A stretch of DNA of 64,000 nt from contig JAZNMF010000013.1 in NCBI GenBank assembly GCA_045579545.1, positions 6,721-70,720 on the forward strand, in the 5' to 3' direction. How positions within the stretch are numbered: position 1 is the first letter of the stretch; every line of letters begins with the position of its first letter. The DNA comes from Acetatifactor sp. (GTDB lineage Bacteria > Bacillota > Clostridia > Lachnospirales > Lachnospiraceae). Below the pieces are notes generated by a model, which was given only the letters and a program-made list of their open reading frames with translations, was not told where the DNA came from and did no database searches. Made by a program: the position numbers and the translations under genes. Positions 18,792 to 27,968 of this stretch are shown piece after piece.

Positions 18792-20408
18792 TTATTTCAC
18801 AAGATCCATAGGATCAATCATGCATTCCATCAGCACGGACTCATCATTCTCAAGAAAAGTATCCAGATCTTCGTTGATGTGTTCCATATTGAATACACGC
18901 TGAAATTTCATTCCATATGCCGCTGCAATCTTTTCAAGGTCCGGACTGCCGGAAAGATCAACAACAGAATAATTGTCCTTATATGTATAATGCTGATACT
19001 CTCTTACCATGCCAAGGTAATTGTTCTTCATTACAACGATCTTAACAGGAATATTATGCTGGCGCATGGTGGCAAGTTCCATCATGGACATTTGGAAAGA
19101 GCCATCTCCGCAGACAGCCACAACCTGACGATCAGGTGCAGCAACCTTTGCACCCATGGCAGCGGGAATAGAATAACCCATGGTTCCCATACCACCTGAT
19201 GTAAAGAATTTCCCATTTTTTACAATGTGATAGGTACAGGACCAAATCTGATTCTGGCCAACGTCCGCTACATAAATTCCGTTATTTTTCATTTTGCGTG
19301 AAAGAATATCTATAAATACAGCGGGATCCACATAATCAGGATTGGGCTTACGCTTTTGTTCCATAGTGGAGCGATACTCTCTCATGGTATTGACCCACTC
19401 ATCATGGCAACAATCGATCTCTTCCTTTGCAATATCCTCAAAAATACACTTAGCATCGCCAACAAGAGGAATGGTGGGACCGGCATTTTTGCCAATTTCA
19501 GCAGGATCCACATCAATATGTACCAAAACTTTGTTCTGTGTGATCAGTCCCGGTTGACTTACCGCACGATCGGCCACTCTTGCTCCAACCATGATCAGAA
19601 GATCAGATTCATTCATTGCACGGTTAGCACAAGGTCGGCCATTGTTGCCAACCATACCGAAATACATGGGATGTTCCGAAGGCATTACTCCGATTCCCAT
19701 CATAGTAGACACCACGGGAATCTGATATTTCTCAGCAAAGGATCGAATTTCTTCCTCGGCATTGCTTAAAAGCACACCGCCGCCAACACAGATAATCGGA
19801 CGCTCAGCCTTTTCCAGTTCTCGAACCACTTTTTTGATTTGAACCATATTCCCTTTCACCGTGGGTTTATAGGTTCGCATACTGATCTCTTCCGGATACT
19901 TGAATTTATTGATAACTGCGTTCTGAATATCAATAGGAATATCAATGAGAACCGGACCTTTTCGACCGCTGTTGGCAATATAAAATGCTTCTTTAAATAC
20001 TTTTGGTATTTCGTTTACATCTTTAATCAAATAACTGTACTTTACAAAAGACTCAACAGCACCTGTGATGTCTGCCTCCTGAAACACATCACTGCCCAAA
20101 AGATCGCTTCGAACCTGGCCGGTGATACAAACAAGGGGAATACTGTCTGCAAATGCAGTGGCAATACCTGTGATTACATTCGTTGCACCGGGGCCGGACG
20201 TAACAGCACACACACCGGGCTTTCCTGTAACTCTTGCAAGACCGCTGGCTGCATGTGCAGCGTTCTGCTCTGTGCGTATCAGAATTGTCTGAATATCTGA
20301 ATCTAAAATACTATTAAAAAACGGACAGATGGCAACACCGGGATAACCGAAAACGACATTGACGCCTTCAGCTTCAAGGCATTTGATTATGGCATCCGCA
20401 CCTATCAT
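18792..20408 (-). CDS. ilvB: Acetolactate synthase large subunit, copy 1
   Basis: VFGYPG, TEQNAAHAA, TSGPGATN, ADVGQNQIW, TSGGMGTMG and GDGSFQM (ThDP) motifs. Confidence 0.9.
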   Translation of the reverse strand: MIGADAIIKCLEAEGVNVVFGYPGVAICPFFNSILDSDIQTILIRTEQNAAHAASGLARVTGKPGVCAVTSGPGATNVITGIATAFADSIPLVCITGQVRSDLLGSDVFQEADITGAVESFVKYSYLIKDVNEIPKVFKEAFYIANSGRKGPVLIDIPIDIQNAVINKFKYPEEISMRTYKPTVKGNMVQIKKVVRELEKAERPIICVGGGVLLSNAEEEIRSFAEKYQIPVVSTMMGIGVMPSEHPMYFGMVGNNGRPCANRAMNESDLLIMVGARVADRAVSQPGLITQNKVLVHIDVDPAEIGKNAGPTIPLVGDAKCIFEDIAKEEIDCCHDEWVNTMREYRSTMEQKRKPNPDYVDPAVFIDILSRKMKNNGIYVADVGQNQIWSCTYHIVKNGKFFTSGGMGTMGYSIPAAMGAKVAAPDRQVVAVCGDGSFQMSMMELATMRQHNIPVKIVVMKNNYLGMVREYQHYTYKDNYSVVDLSGSPDLEKIAAAYGMKFQRVFNMEHINEDLDTFLENDESVLMECMIDPMDLVK

Positions 20409-20483
20409 AATAAGGCCTCCTAACTAATAACATATATACGATTGACATTTTAACACATTAAAGCAGGAACGCGCAACAGTTAT

Positions 20484-23000
20484 TTATGAATTAACAGAAA
20501 AATCCAACAACTTCCTGGCTAAACGAACTGCTCCTGCAGCGTCTGCAGCATAACCGTCAGCTCCAATTTCATCTGCAAAATCTTCTGTAATCACTGCTCC
20601 GCCAATCATCACCTTGACAGAAGGTGCTTTTTCCTTTACAAGCGAGATCACATCACGCATACGCTGCATGGTTGTAGTCATCAATGCAGACAGGGCTATA
20701 ATATCGGCGTGTTTATTGATTGCTTCTGCGACAATATTCTCTGCAGGCACGTCTTTTCCCAGATCGATCACCGTGAGACCATAATTTTTAAGCATCAGGG
20801 TTACAAGGTTCTTTCCAATATCATGAATATCTCCCTCAACGGTAGCAATGACAGCAACCGGCTTCTGTTCTGCTTCTGTTTCCCTTAAAAGATATGGTTC
20901 CAGCACACTGATTGCATTTTTCATGGCTTCTGCACTTGCGATCAGCTGCGGCAGGAAATACTTCCCTTTATCAAAATAATCGCCTACAAGATTAATGGCA
21001 GGAAGAAGCCCTTCGTTCAAAAGTTTTGACGAATCTTCCCCTTTATCAACAGCATCTTGTGTTATGGAAACAATACCTTTCTTGTCCCCTTTTAAAACTG
21101 CTTTTCTAAGTTTTTGAATGTGCTCTGAAAGCGACTCGGATTCAGCACTCTTTTCAATATGAAAGGAATGTTCCTTCTTCTCTTCTGAAGAACATGCTGT
21201 TTTATGGGTATTCGTCTGCGCCATTGCCTTGGCCTGTTCTTCTCTTCTTTCTTTTATTGAGGCTACTCCTTCAATATAACGGATATCAGATCCCTCTTTA
21301 TTGAGAAGCAGATCCGTTGCCAGCGCACAGCTTACCAAAAGATCTTGAGAAGGATTTGCAATCGCCATCGTGAGTCCTGCCTGAATTGCCAGGGTTAAAA
21401 AGGATGCATTGATATAACTTCTTTCCGGCATCCCAAAAGAAATATTGGAAAGGCCGCAAATGGTGGCGAGCCCCAGTTCTTTACAATAACGGATGGTTTC
21501 CAATGTCTCTAAAGCAGCCTGTTTGTTTGCACCAACTGTGGTCACCAGTCCGTCAACAATGATATCATTCTTAGTAAGACCGAGAGACAATGCCCTTTCA
21601 ACAATGGTATGAATGATCTGTTTCTTTTCATCCAGATTTTCCGGAAGTCCTTTGTCAGAAAGCGGTAGCAGGATAAACATTGCACCATAGCGGGCAGCAA
21701 GAGGTAAAAGCTTTTCAAACTTTTCTTTTTCCAGAGAAACGGAATTGATCAAAGCTCTGCCCGGATACTGTCTCAGCGCTTCCTCCAAAACCTCTACATG
21801 GCTGGAATCCAGACAAAGTGGTAAGTTTGTGACACAGGATACCTCTCTGATTGCTTCCAACATCATTTTCTTTTCGTCAATGCCGTTCATACCCATATTA
21901 ATATCGAGTATACTTGCACCGCATAATTCCTGTTCTTCTGCATAAGCTCTGACAAGTTCCATACTGCCGTCCCGCAGACTTGCCTGCAGTGTTTTTTTGC
22001 CGGTGGGATTGATTCTCTCTCCTACAATGATAAAATTCTGGTCTGTATTAAAAGAAACCGTCATTCGCTCTGAAGTAAGATATCTCAGTGATGACTCTTT
22101 ATACTCTTTCGGTGTCAAATTTTTGGTGGCATTTTTCAGCATTCGGATATATTCCGGAGACGTGCCACAGCAGCCGCCTAAAATGGTTGCACCGCTCTCT
22201 GCCAGTAACACCATCTCATCTGCGAACTGTTCTGCATTCATGCTATAACAGGTAATGCCATTAGCATCTGTCATGGGAAGTCCGGCATTTGGCTTGGCAA
22301 TCACGGGAATGCCGGAAACGGATGACATGGTTTTGATGACTTCCTGCATTTGGGCGGGTCCGGTGGAGCAATTTGCACCGATAGCAGCTGCCCCTAGTTT
22401 TGAAAGAACAACAGCCGCCGTTATTGCATCCGTTCCAAATAAGGTTCTTCCGTCCTTTTCAAAGGTCAGAGTTACCATCACAGGCAATTTTGATACTTCA
22501 GATGCAGCTATCAGTGCTGCTCTGGCCTCCTGAAGACTCATCATTGTCTCGACCACCAGGAGATCTACGCCCGCCTGATCCAGATAGCGAATCTGCTCCT
22601 TATATACATCGACAAGTTCTTCAAACTCCATGGTGCCAACAGGTACCAACTGTCTGCCGGTCATGGTGAGATCTCCGGCAATCAATACCTTACGTTCCGT
22701 ACTTTTAGCGGCTTCTGCACTGATGCCGACCAGCTGTGTGATCATTTCTTCCATCTTATCTTCCAGATGATACTCTGAAAGTTTGATTCTGTTTGCTGAA
22801 AAGGTAGGACAATACAATATATCTGTACCAGCCAGTACATACTCTTTCTGCAGTGCCAGACAAACCTCTCTATGTTCAAGGATCCATTGTTCCGGACATA
22901 CACCGGCAGGCATGCCCGCCTTCATAAGATTGGAACCTGTTGCTCCGTCCAAATACCGTATGGAACCATTCATAAATTGTTGGAATTCATTGCGATTCAT
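20484..23000 (-). CDS. metH: Cobalamin-dependent methionine synthase (Hcy + pterin + B12 domains, no AdoMet activation domain)
   Basis: YLDGATG, GANCSTG, GGCCG (Zn ligands), GERINPTGK, GLSNISFG and GDIHDIGKN (DxHxxG) motifs. The protein ends after the B12 domain. Confidence 0.88.
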   Translation of the reverse strand: MNRNEFQQFMNGSIRYLDGATGSNLMKAGMPAGVCPEQWILEHREVCLALQKEYVLAGTDILYCPTFSANRIKLSEYHLEDKMEEMITQLVGISAEAAKSTERKVLIAGDLTMTGRQLVPVGTMEFEELVDVYKEQIRYLDQAGVDLLVVETMMSLQEARAALIAASEVSKLPVMVTLTFEKDGRTLFGTDAITAAVVLSKLGAAAIGANCSTGPAQMQEVIKTMSSVSGIPVIAKPNAGLPMTDANGITCYSMNAEQFADEMVLLAESGATILGGCCGTSPEYIRMLKNATKNLTPKEYKESSLRYLTSERMTVSFNTDQNFIIVGERINPTGKKTLQASLRDGSMELVRAYAEEQELCGASILDINMGMNGIDEKKMMLEAIREVSCVTNLPLCLDSSHVEVLEEALRQYPGRALINSVSLEKEKFEKLLPLAARYGAMFILLPLSDKGLPENLDEKKQIIHTIVERALSLGLTKNDIIVDGLVTTVGANKQAALETLETIRYCKELGLATICGLSNISFGMPERSYINASFLTLAIQAGLTMAIANPSQDLLVSCALATDLLLNKEGSDIRYIEGVASIKERREEQAKAMAQTNTHKTACSSEEKKEHSFHIEKSAESESLSEHIQKLRKAVLKGDKKGIVSITQDAVDKGEDSSKLLNEGLLPAINLVGDYFDKGKYFLPQLIASAEAMKNAISVLEPYLLRETEAEQKPVAVIATVEGDIHDIGKNLVTLMLKNYGLTVIDLGKDVPAENIVAEAINKHADIIALSALMTTTMQRMRDVISLVKEKAPSVKVMIGGAVITEDFADEIGADGYAADAAGAVRLARKLLDFSVNS

Positions 23001-23161
23001 TATAAAACTCCTTTTTTCATTATTACATTAAATCTAAACACTTTTTTATGAAAAAATCAATATCTAAATATATTTTAAACTCTGTTTTCCTAAATAAGTT
23101 GAAAAATGTCATAAAATATGTTAGATTTATAAGGTGAACTATCTATTGGGAGGAATTACAA

Positions 23162-23626
23162 TTGAAAAAGTATATCATTACGATAGTTTTGACTATCTTA
23201 TCATGCCTTTTTTTAACCGGCTGCGGAGAAGATCCTGAACTTACCAGATTCAAAACGAACTTTGAAAATTTTTGTATTAATTTATCAACCCTTGACACTT
23301 CCATCAACAAAATCAATCCCGAAGCAGATAATGCCACAGATAAGCTTATCACTTATATGAACCAGATGGATGATCAGTTCAAGGCTCTTGCAACTTTGGA
23401 ATTTCCGGAAGACTTCAAATATCTGGAAGAATTGGCCGATGAGGCGAGCAAGTATATGACTGAAGCAGCTTCATCCTATGAGGAAGCATATGCCGATGAT
23501 ACCTTTGATCAGGCCATGTCAGACTATGCATTCAAGAATTATAAGAGAGCTTACAAACGTATTCAGATCATGCTGATCTATCTTCACGGAGATGAGCCCA
23601 GAGAAGAAGATCTGTTAAGTGAATAA
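23162..23626 (+). CDS. Putative lipoprotein
   Basis: TTG start behind GGGAGG; signal peptide with lipobox LTG-C; helical acidic body. Confidence 0.75.
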   Translation: MKKYIITIVLTILSCLFLTGCGEDPELTRFKTNFENFCINLSTLDTSINKINPEADNATDKLITYMNQMDDQFKALATLEFPEDFKYLEELADEASKYMTEAASSYEEAYADDTFDQAMSDYAFKNYKRAYKRIQIMLIYLHGDEPREEDLLSE

Positions 23627-23636
23627 ACAAATAACG

Positions 23637-23666
23637 AAAGCCCGCTGCAGCAATACAGCGGGCTTT
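23637..23666. terminator. Bidirectional terminator
   Basis: AAAGCCCGCTG / CAGCGGGCTTT between convergent genes. Confidence 0.75.
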
Positions 23667-23680
23667 ACCATTTCTTTGGA

Positions 23681-23971
23681 CTAATTTAAAATCTTAATAC
23701 TGCCGAGAATAGGGATCTCATTCTCTTTATCCTGTGCTGCGCCGATGATACCAATTACCATTCCCAAGAGAACAAGTATCTCTACGATCAGAGACAGGAT
23801 ACCGCCAATCAAAGGAATTACATTGAAGATGCCGCCAATGATGCTGACAAGGGCAATAACAAGCCCCTGATTCAGATGAAACTTAGCACCTTTCTTATCG
23901 CCCAAAAGATAAGCAATGACCCAGCCAATGATTGTAAGATAAGCTACGATACCGGTTAATTTTTTGTCCAT
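23681..23971 (-). CDS. Small membrane protein (DUF4870-like)
   Basis: MDKKLTGIVAYLTIIGWVIAYL...KFHLNQGLV...IPLIG...GIIGAA...IPILG; start re-assigned to the Met behind AAAGGAG. Confidence 0.7.
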   Translation of the reverse strand: MDKKLTGIVAYLTIIGWVIAYLLGDKKGAKFHLNQGLVIALVSIIGGIFNVIPLIGGILSLIVEILVLLGMVIGIIGAAQDKENEIPILGSIKILN

Positions 23972-23988
23972 AATGATACTCCTTTCAT

Positions 23989-24414
23989 TTATAGTGTAAC
24001 TCCGTGCCTTAGTCTGAGATAGTTTCTGACCAGGCAATTTACAACGATGATAATCAATGCGACATACAGATACCGGCTACGGAATCTGATGCCTTTGATG
24101 CGTCCTCTGCTCAAAACTGACAGCAGTTGACTCATCATAAATACTACATATATCAAAACAGCATATATCACCAGAGGATGATACTGTATTGAAAGAATCA
24201 AGTCTCCGCGTAACAGTGAATAAAAAGCTCTGCTCCCGCCGCATCCCGGGCAATACAGCCCAATTAGTCTGTCGAAGATACATCCATGAAAAGGCATCAC
24301 CGGATATATCAACCATATATATAACCCGTATAATAATGCACCTAATGGCAATGCTGCGAGACCCCAATAAAATAACAGCCTCTCCGTACTATTTGATTTC
24401 AGGCATGATTTCAT
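23989..24414 (-). CDS. DUF2752 domain membrane protein
   Basis: CIF..LIGLYCPGCGGSRAFYSLLRGD...S..YHP motif. Confidence 0.82.
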   Translation of the reverse strand: MKSCLKSNSTERLLFYWGLAALPLGALLYGLYIWLIYPVMPFHGCIFDRLIGLYCPGCGGSRAFYSLLRGDLILSIQYHPLVIYAVLIYVVFMMSQLLSVLSRGRIKGIRFRSRYLYVALIIIVVNCLVRNYLRLRHGVTL

Positions 24415-24703
24415 TCAGCATCTCCTGATACATGGGATCCTTCATCATTTCTTCAATGATCACCTGAAACATCCCTGCCATTAATAACATAAGGATTGAA
24501 AGCAGGATTCCGATGATAGAGCAGACGATGCCTGCGACACCCATACCACTCTTACTGTGCTTTCTGGAAAGGATTGATACGATCAGTCCGACTATGCCGG
24601 ACAGCAAACCGTAGATTCCGAAAATACAGCTGCCAAGAATGGAGATAATTCCAAGTATCATACCTGCAATGGCCAATCTGTTGTCCTGATTCTGTTTTTC
24701 CAT
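24389..24703 (-). CDS. DUF4190-like small membrane protein
   Basis: LAIAGMILGIISI...GLIVSILS...GMGVAGIVCSIIG pattern. Confidence 0.72.
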   Translation of the reverse strand: MEKQNQDNRLAIAGMILGIISILGSCIFGIYGLLSGIVGLIVSILSRKHSKSGMGVAGIVCSIIGILLSILMLLMAGMFQVIIEEMMKDPMYQEMLNEIMPEIK

Positions 24704-24774
24704 GTCTTGTACCTCCATTAACAGATATGACGCTCTGCAGTGATGCGGAGCGCCATATTGGTTAATACTTTGTA

Positions 24775-25113
24775 TTAAACTCTCTCTTCCTTAGCATCGT
24801 TAAATGCCTGCTGGATCTTCGCCTTAACATCAGCATCCTTCTCCATAGCAAGCTGATGTCTTACTCTGGTTCTCATATACTCGGTATTGATGGTCAGAGC
24901 AGCCTTACAAGCTGTCAGTCTGATGTCTGCATCTTCATTATCAAGATAATGTGTGATATAGTTACGGGAACTCTCATCGCCGATCTTGCCAAGAGCTGTC
25001 AGCGCACTGATCAGAGCTTCTTTATCTGCTTTCTTTAACAGTTTAATAATAGCATCGCTCTTATTCTTTGCAGAGAGTTTTTCAATTTTTGCAAGAATCT
25101 TAAGGTTACTCAT
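24775..25113 (-). CDS. HEAT-repeat domain protein
   Basis: ALTALGKIGDESS...YLDNEDADIRLTACKAAL helical repeats; GGAGG RBS. Confidence 0.72.
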   Translation of the reverse strand: MSNLKILAKIEKLSAKNKSDAIIKLLKKADKEALISALTALGKIGDESSRNYITHYLDNEDADIRLTACKAALTINTEYMRTRVRHQLAMEKDADVKAKIQQAFNDAKEERV

Positions 25114-25268
25114 ATGTATGCCTCCTGAATAGATAATAATATACAAATAATACTTTATCTTGAAAATATGAACAAAGTGTGTACAAATTATAAAAAAACA
25201 ATAAATCCTTAGTTAAAAATGCGGTTTACCTTTTTATCATTTTAAAGAATAAAGAGAATCACAATAAT

Positions 25269-26180
25269 TCAACTTCTTTTGGAAAACCAACGGAATGTCA
25301 AGGGCCACACGCACACTGCAAATACCACAATAATAAAATATCTGATTGCTGTTGCGATATGATGGCCGCCAAACAGAGGATTAAGGATAGGCTTCAGTCC
25401 CGCCTTTAACAGAAGAACCAGCACCAGTCCCATAACAATCTTCAGAATCTGCGCCCACCATACAGCCTTAACTTCGAAACGGATATATTTGTGCTCAATA
25501 GCGTAACAAATCAGCATAGCCACACTGCAACCAAACAAAAGATATGCATTTTTAATACCTGATTCCAGATTATGGGGATCAATGTCTGCGGGCCATTTTG
25601 CAAGTTCCACATAGATCACATATCCCAGTGAGCAAAGAATCAGGGCACCTATCATAAGATACATAATCTTAGGATTATTCTTCGCTTTCTGAAATACAGG
25701 ATACAGCGCAAATACCAATATTGTTCCATATACAAGAGATACCAGAACATCTGCAGGAGTGTGAACACCGAGATACATACGGGACAGTCCCGTAAGCAGT
25801 ATCAGGACGATACAGATCGCTCTCACAATCTTTTTGCGGGAAACTCTCGCAATACAGCCAAGGGAAGCGGTGGCACTCTGCGTATGACCGCTGGGGAAGG
25901 AATAGCCACCGGCGTCAGCTCTTGCTGATTCCACAATGGTAAATTCCGGATCGCGTACCCAAGGTCTGGGAATCCGGCAAAATAATTTTAAAAACTGATT
26001 TATGATGGTTCCGATGAATCCAACTGTCAGAAGATAATAGCCATCTTCTTTGCTGAAACACCAAAATATAATGATCGCGATAGCCAGAAATAATGTTTCG
26101 CTCCCAAGGTGCGTGATAACAGAAAAGAATGCATCGAGAACGGGATTACGAATACTCTCTAAAAAATATAATACTGACAT
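25269..26180 (-). CDS. PAP2 family phosphatase (membrane)
   Basis: K...RIPRP, FPSGH and SRMYLGVH catalytic motifs. Confidence 0.9.
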   Translation of the reverse strand: MSVLYFLESIRNPVLDAFFSVITHLGSETLFLAIAIIIFWCFSKEDGYYLLTVGFIGTIINQFLKLFCRIPRPWVRDPEFTIVESARADAGGYSFPSGHTQSATASLGCIARVSRKKIVRAICIVLILLTGLSRMYLGVHTPADVLVSLVYGTILVFALYPVFQKAKNNPKIMYLMIGALILCSLGYVIYVELAKWPADIDPHNLESGIKNAYLLFGCSVAMLICYAIEHKYIRFEVKAVWWAQILKIVMGLVLVLLLKAGLKPILNPLFGGHHIATAIRYFIIVVFAVCVWPLTFRWFSKRS

Positions 26181-26213
26181 GATTTTTTTCTCCTCTCATA
26201 GAAAGATATCTTC

Positions 26214-26417
26214 AGGCGTTTGCGAAACACAGTTGCCGACTGCCGGAGCAATGGCTGTTCCGCTTCATGGACGCTCCCGCTCCGTGAAAATGCGTAGCGG
26301 TACTAAGCTCAGACTGTAGCCTGCGGCTTTGTTTCGCTAAGTACCGACGCTTTTCAAGGCCAATCAGCCGGAACAACCATTGCTCCGGCAGTCGGCAACT
26401 GAGTTTCGCAAACGCCT
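26214..26417. repeat. ~204-nt rod-like inverted repeat element
   Basis: 48-bp arms 26214-26261 / 26370-26417 with 2 mismatches, plus a further imperfect inner stem (TGAAAATGCGTAGCGGTACTAAGC / GCTAAGTACCGACGCTTTTCA). Confidence 0.85.
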
Positions 26418-26427
26418 AAATATGTAT

Positions 26428-27807
26428 TTATGCTTCCAAGGAATACTCTTCCTCCGATCTGATCTTTTTGATCCATTTACCGCTCCTCAAGCGGATCACA
26501 CACCAAAAAGCCTTAAGTACCTGATCGATCTTCAGGAAAAAATAGATCCAAAATGCCGGCAGATGTAACACGATACCGGCTAAAATACCAAGAGGTATAG
26601 AAGCAATCCAAAGAAATACGTTGTCCGCCACCATCAGAACCTTCGTATCGCCGCCACCTCTCAGCACTCCCTTTGTCATGATACTGTTGGTTGCCTGAAA
26701 TGCTACAATGATACTGATGGAAAGCATCAGCTGTGAGGCAATGGATTTCGTATCCGGCGATAAATTGTAAGCATGAATAACCGGTGTGCTGATCAGCATG
26801 ATCACTCCCGCAGAAAGAAGACCGAATATTAATCCGAGGCCAAGGAATGCATAACCTTGTCTGTGCGCCTTCTCCCGGTCTCCTTCACCTAAAGTATATC
26901 CGGTAACAATAGCTCCTGCCTGTGAAAATCCCTGAATCAGGACGGAGCTTAGCTGCTGCGTCACTGCGGTCACAGCATTGGCGGCTACAAAGCTCTCTCC
27001 CAGTCTTCCGATGACCATTGCAACAGAATTGTTGCCAAGAGCAAGGATACCGTCACTGATCAACACAGGAATACTAATGCGTATGTACTCCTTCCAAAGA
27101 TTTCCCACCGGCTTAAAGAGATCCTTAATCCGGAAACCTATCTCCTTATCTTTTATGAAAAGATATCCACAAATAATGGAAAATTCAAATATACGTGCAA
27201 TCAATGTACCGACTGCTGCACCGGCTACACCCATTTGAGGACAACCGAATTTACCGAAGATAAACAAATAATTGGCCCCAACGTTCACAAAAAAAGCACC
27301 AATCGACGTATAGAGCGGTATCTTTACTTGTCCCACGTTTCTGAGAACAATGGTACAGGTAAGCGAAAGACCGAGAAGGAAATAGCTGACAACGGAATAT
27401 TTCAGGTATTCAATGCCATGCCCGATAATAGGTGTTTCAACTGTATAGATACGCATAATCTGTTCCGGAATCAGAATGGTAACCACACAAAACAGTGTCG
27501 CCATGATAAGGCATAATCTCAACATGATGGAAACTGTCTTCTTCAGGGAGGAAACCTCTTTCATACCATAGTATCTTGAAACAAGTACGGATGCTCCCAT
27601 GCCGATACCCATGCAGAAAATCTGAAAAATAGTTATAAATTGATTTGCAAGGGAAACTGCGGAAAGCTCTGTTTCTCCCACTATACCAATCATGATGGTA
27701 TCCATCATATTTACGCCTGTAGTGATAAGCCCCTGCAAGGCAATGGGGATTGCAATGCTGCACACTGTCTTATAAAATTTTTTATCCTTTACATACAGAC
27801 CAAACAT
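26428..27807 (-). CDS. MATE family efflux transporter (second)
   Basis: IAIPIALQGLIT..VNMMDTIMIG, VGANYLFIFGKFG.PQMGVAGAAVGT and GVLRGGGDT motifs. Confidence 0.9.
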   Translation of the reverse strand: MFGLYVKDKKFYKTVCSIAIPIALQGLITTGVNMMDTIMIGIVGETELSAVSLANQFITIFQIFCMGIGMGASVLVSRYYGMKEVSSLKKTVSIMLRLCLIMATLFCVVTILIPEQIMRIYTVETPIIGHGIEYLKYSVVSYFLLGLSLTCTIVLRNVGQVKIPLYTSIGAFFVNVGANYLFIFGKFGCPQMGVAGAAVGTLIARIFEFSIICGYLFIKDKEIGFRIKDLFKPVGNLWKEYIRISIPVLISDGILALGNNSVAMVIGRLGESFVAANAVTAVTQQLSSVLIQGFSQAGAIVTGYTLGEGDREKAHRQGYAFLGLGLIFGLLSAGVIMLISTPVIHAYNLSPDTKSIASQLMLSISIIVAFQATNSIMTKGVLRGGGDTKVLMVADNVFLWIASIPLGILAGIVLHLPAFWIYFFLKIDQVLKAFWCVIRLRSGKWIKKIRSEEEYSLEA

Positions 27808-27839
27808 AACAAAACCTTCTTTTCTTTCAATCTTGTAAT

Positions 27840-27868
27840 ATTATAACTGAATTGATCCGTTTTCTCAA
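27840..27868 (-). promoter_or_regulatory. Candidate sigma-A promoter of the second MATE gene
   Basis: TTGAGA-17 nt-TATAAT on the - strand. Confidence 0.6.
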
Positions 27869-27910
27869 GAGATTTGACTAAAAACGGATGTATTTAAAGT
27901 GGCTTAGGTA

Positions 27911-27939
27911 TTGTAATTCATTAATCTGTTTACTATAAT
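27911..27939 (+). promoter_or_regulatory. Candidate sigma-A promoter of the 569-aa membrane protein
   Basis: TTGTAA-17 nt-TATAAT. Confidence 0.55.
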
Positions 27940-27968
27940 TATTTATAACATTGTAATAGGAGCATCCC

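Noticed and set aside
23001-23161. SAM or cobalamin riboswitch upstream of metH (and lysine riboswitch upstream of the NhaC gene, 41139-41245)
   Set aside because: Both regions are very AT-rich and lack the conserved cores and stems.
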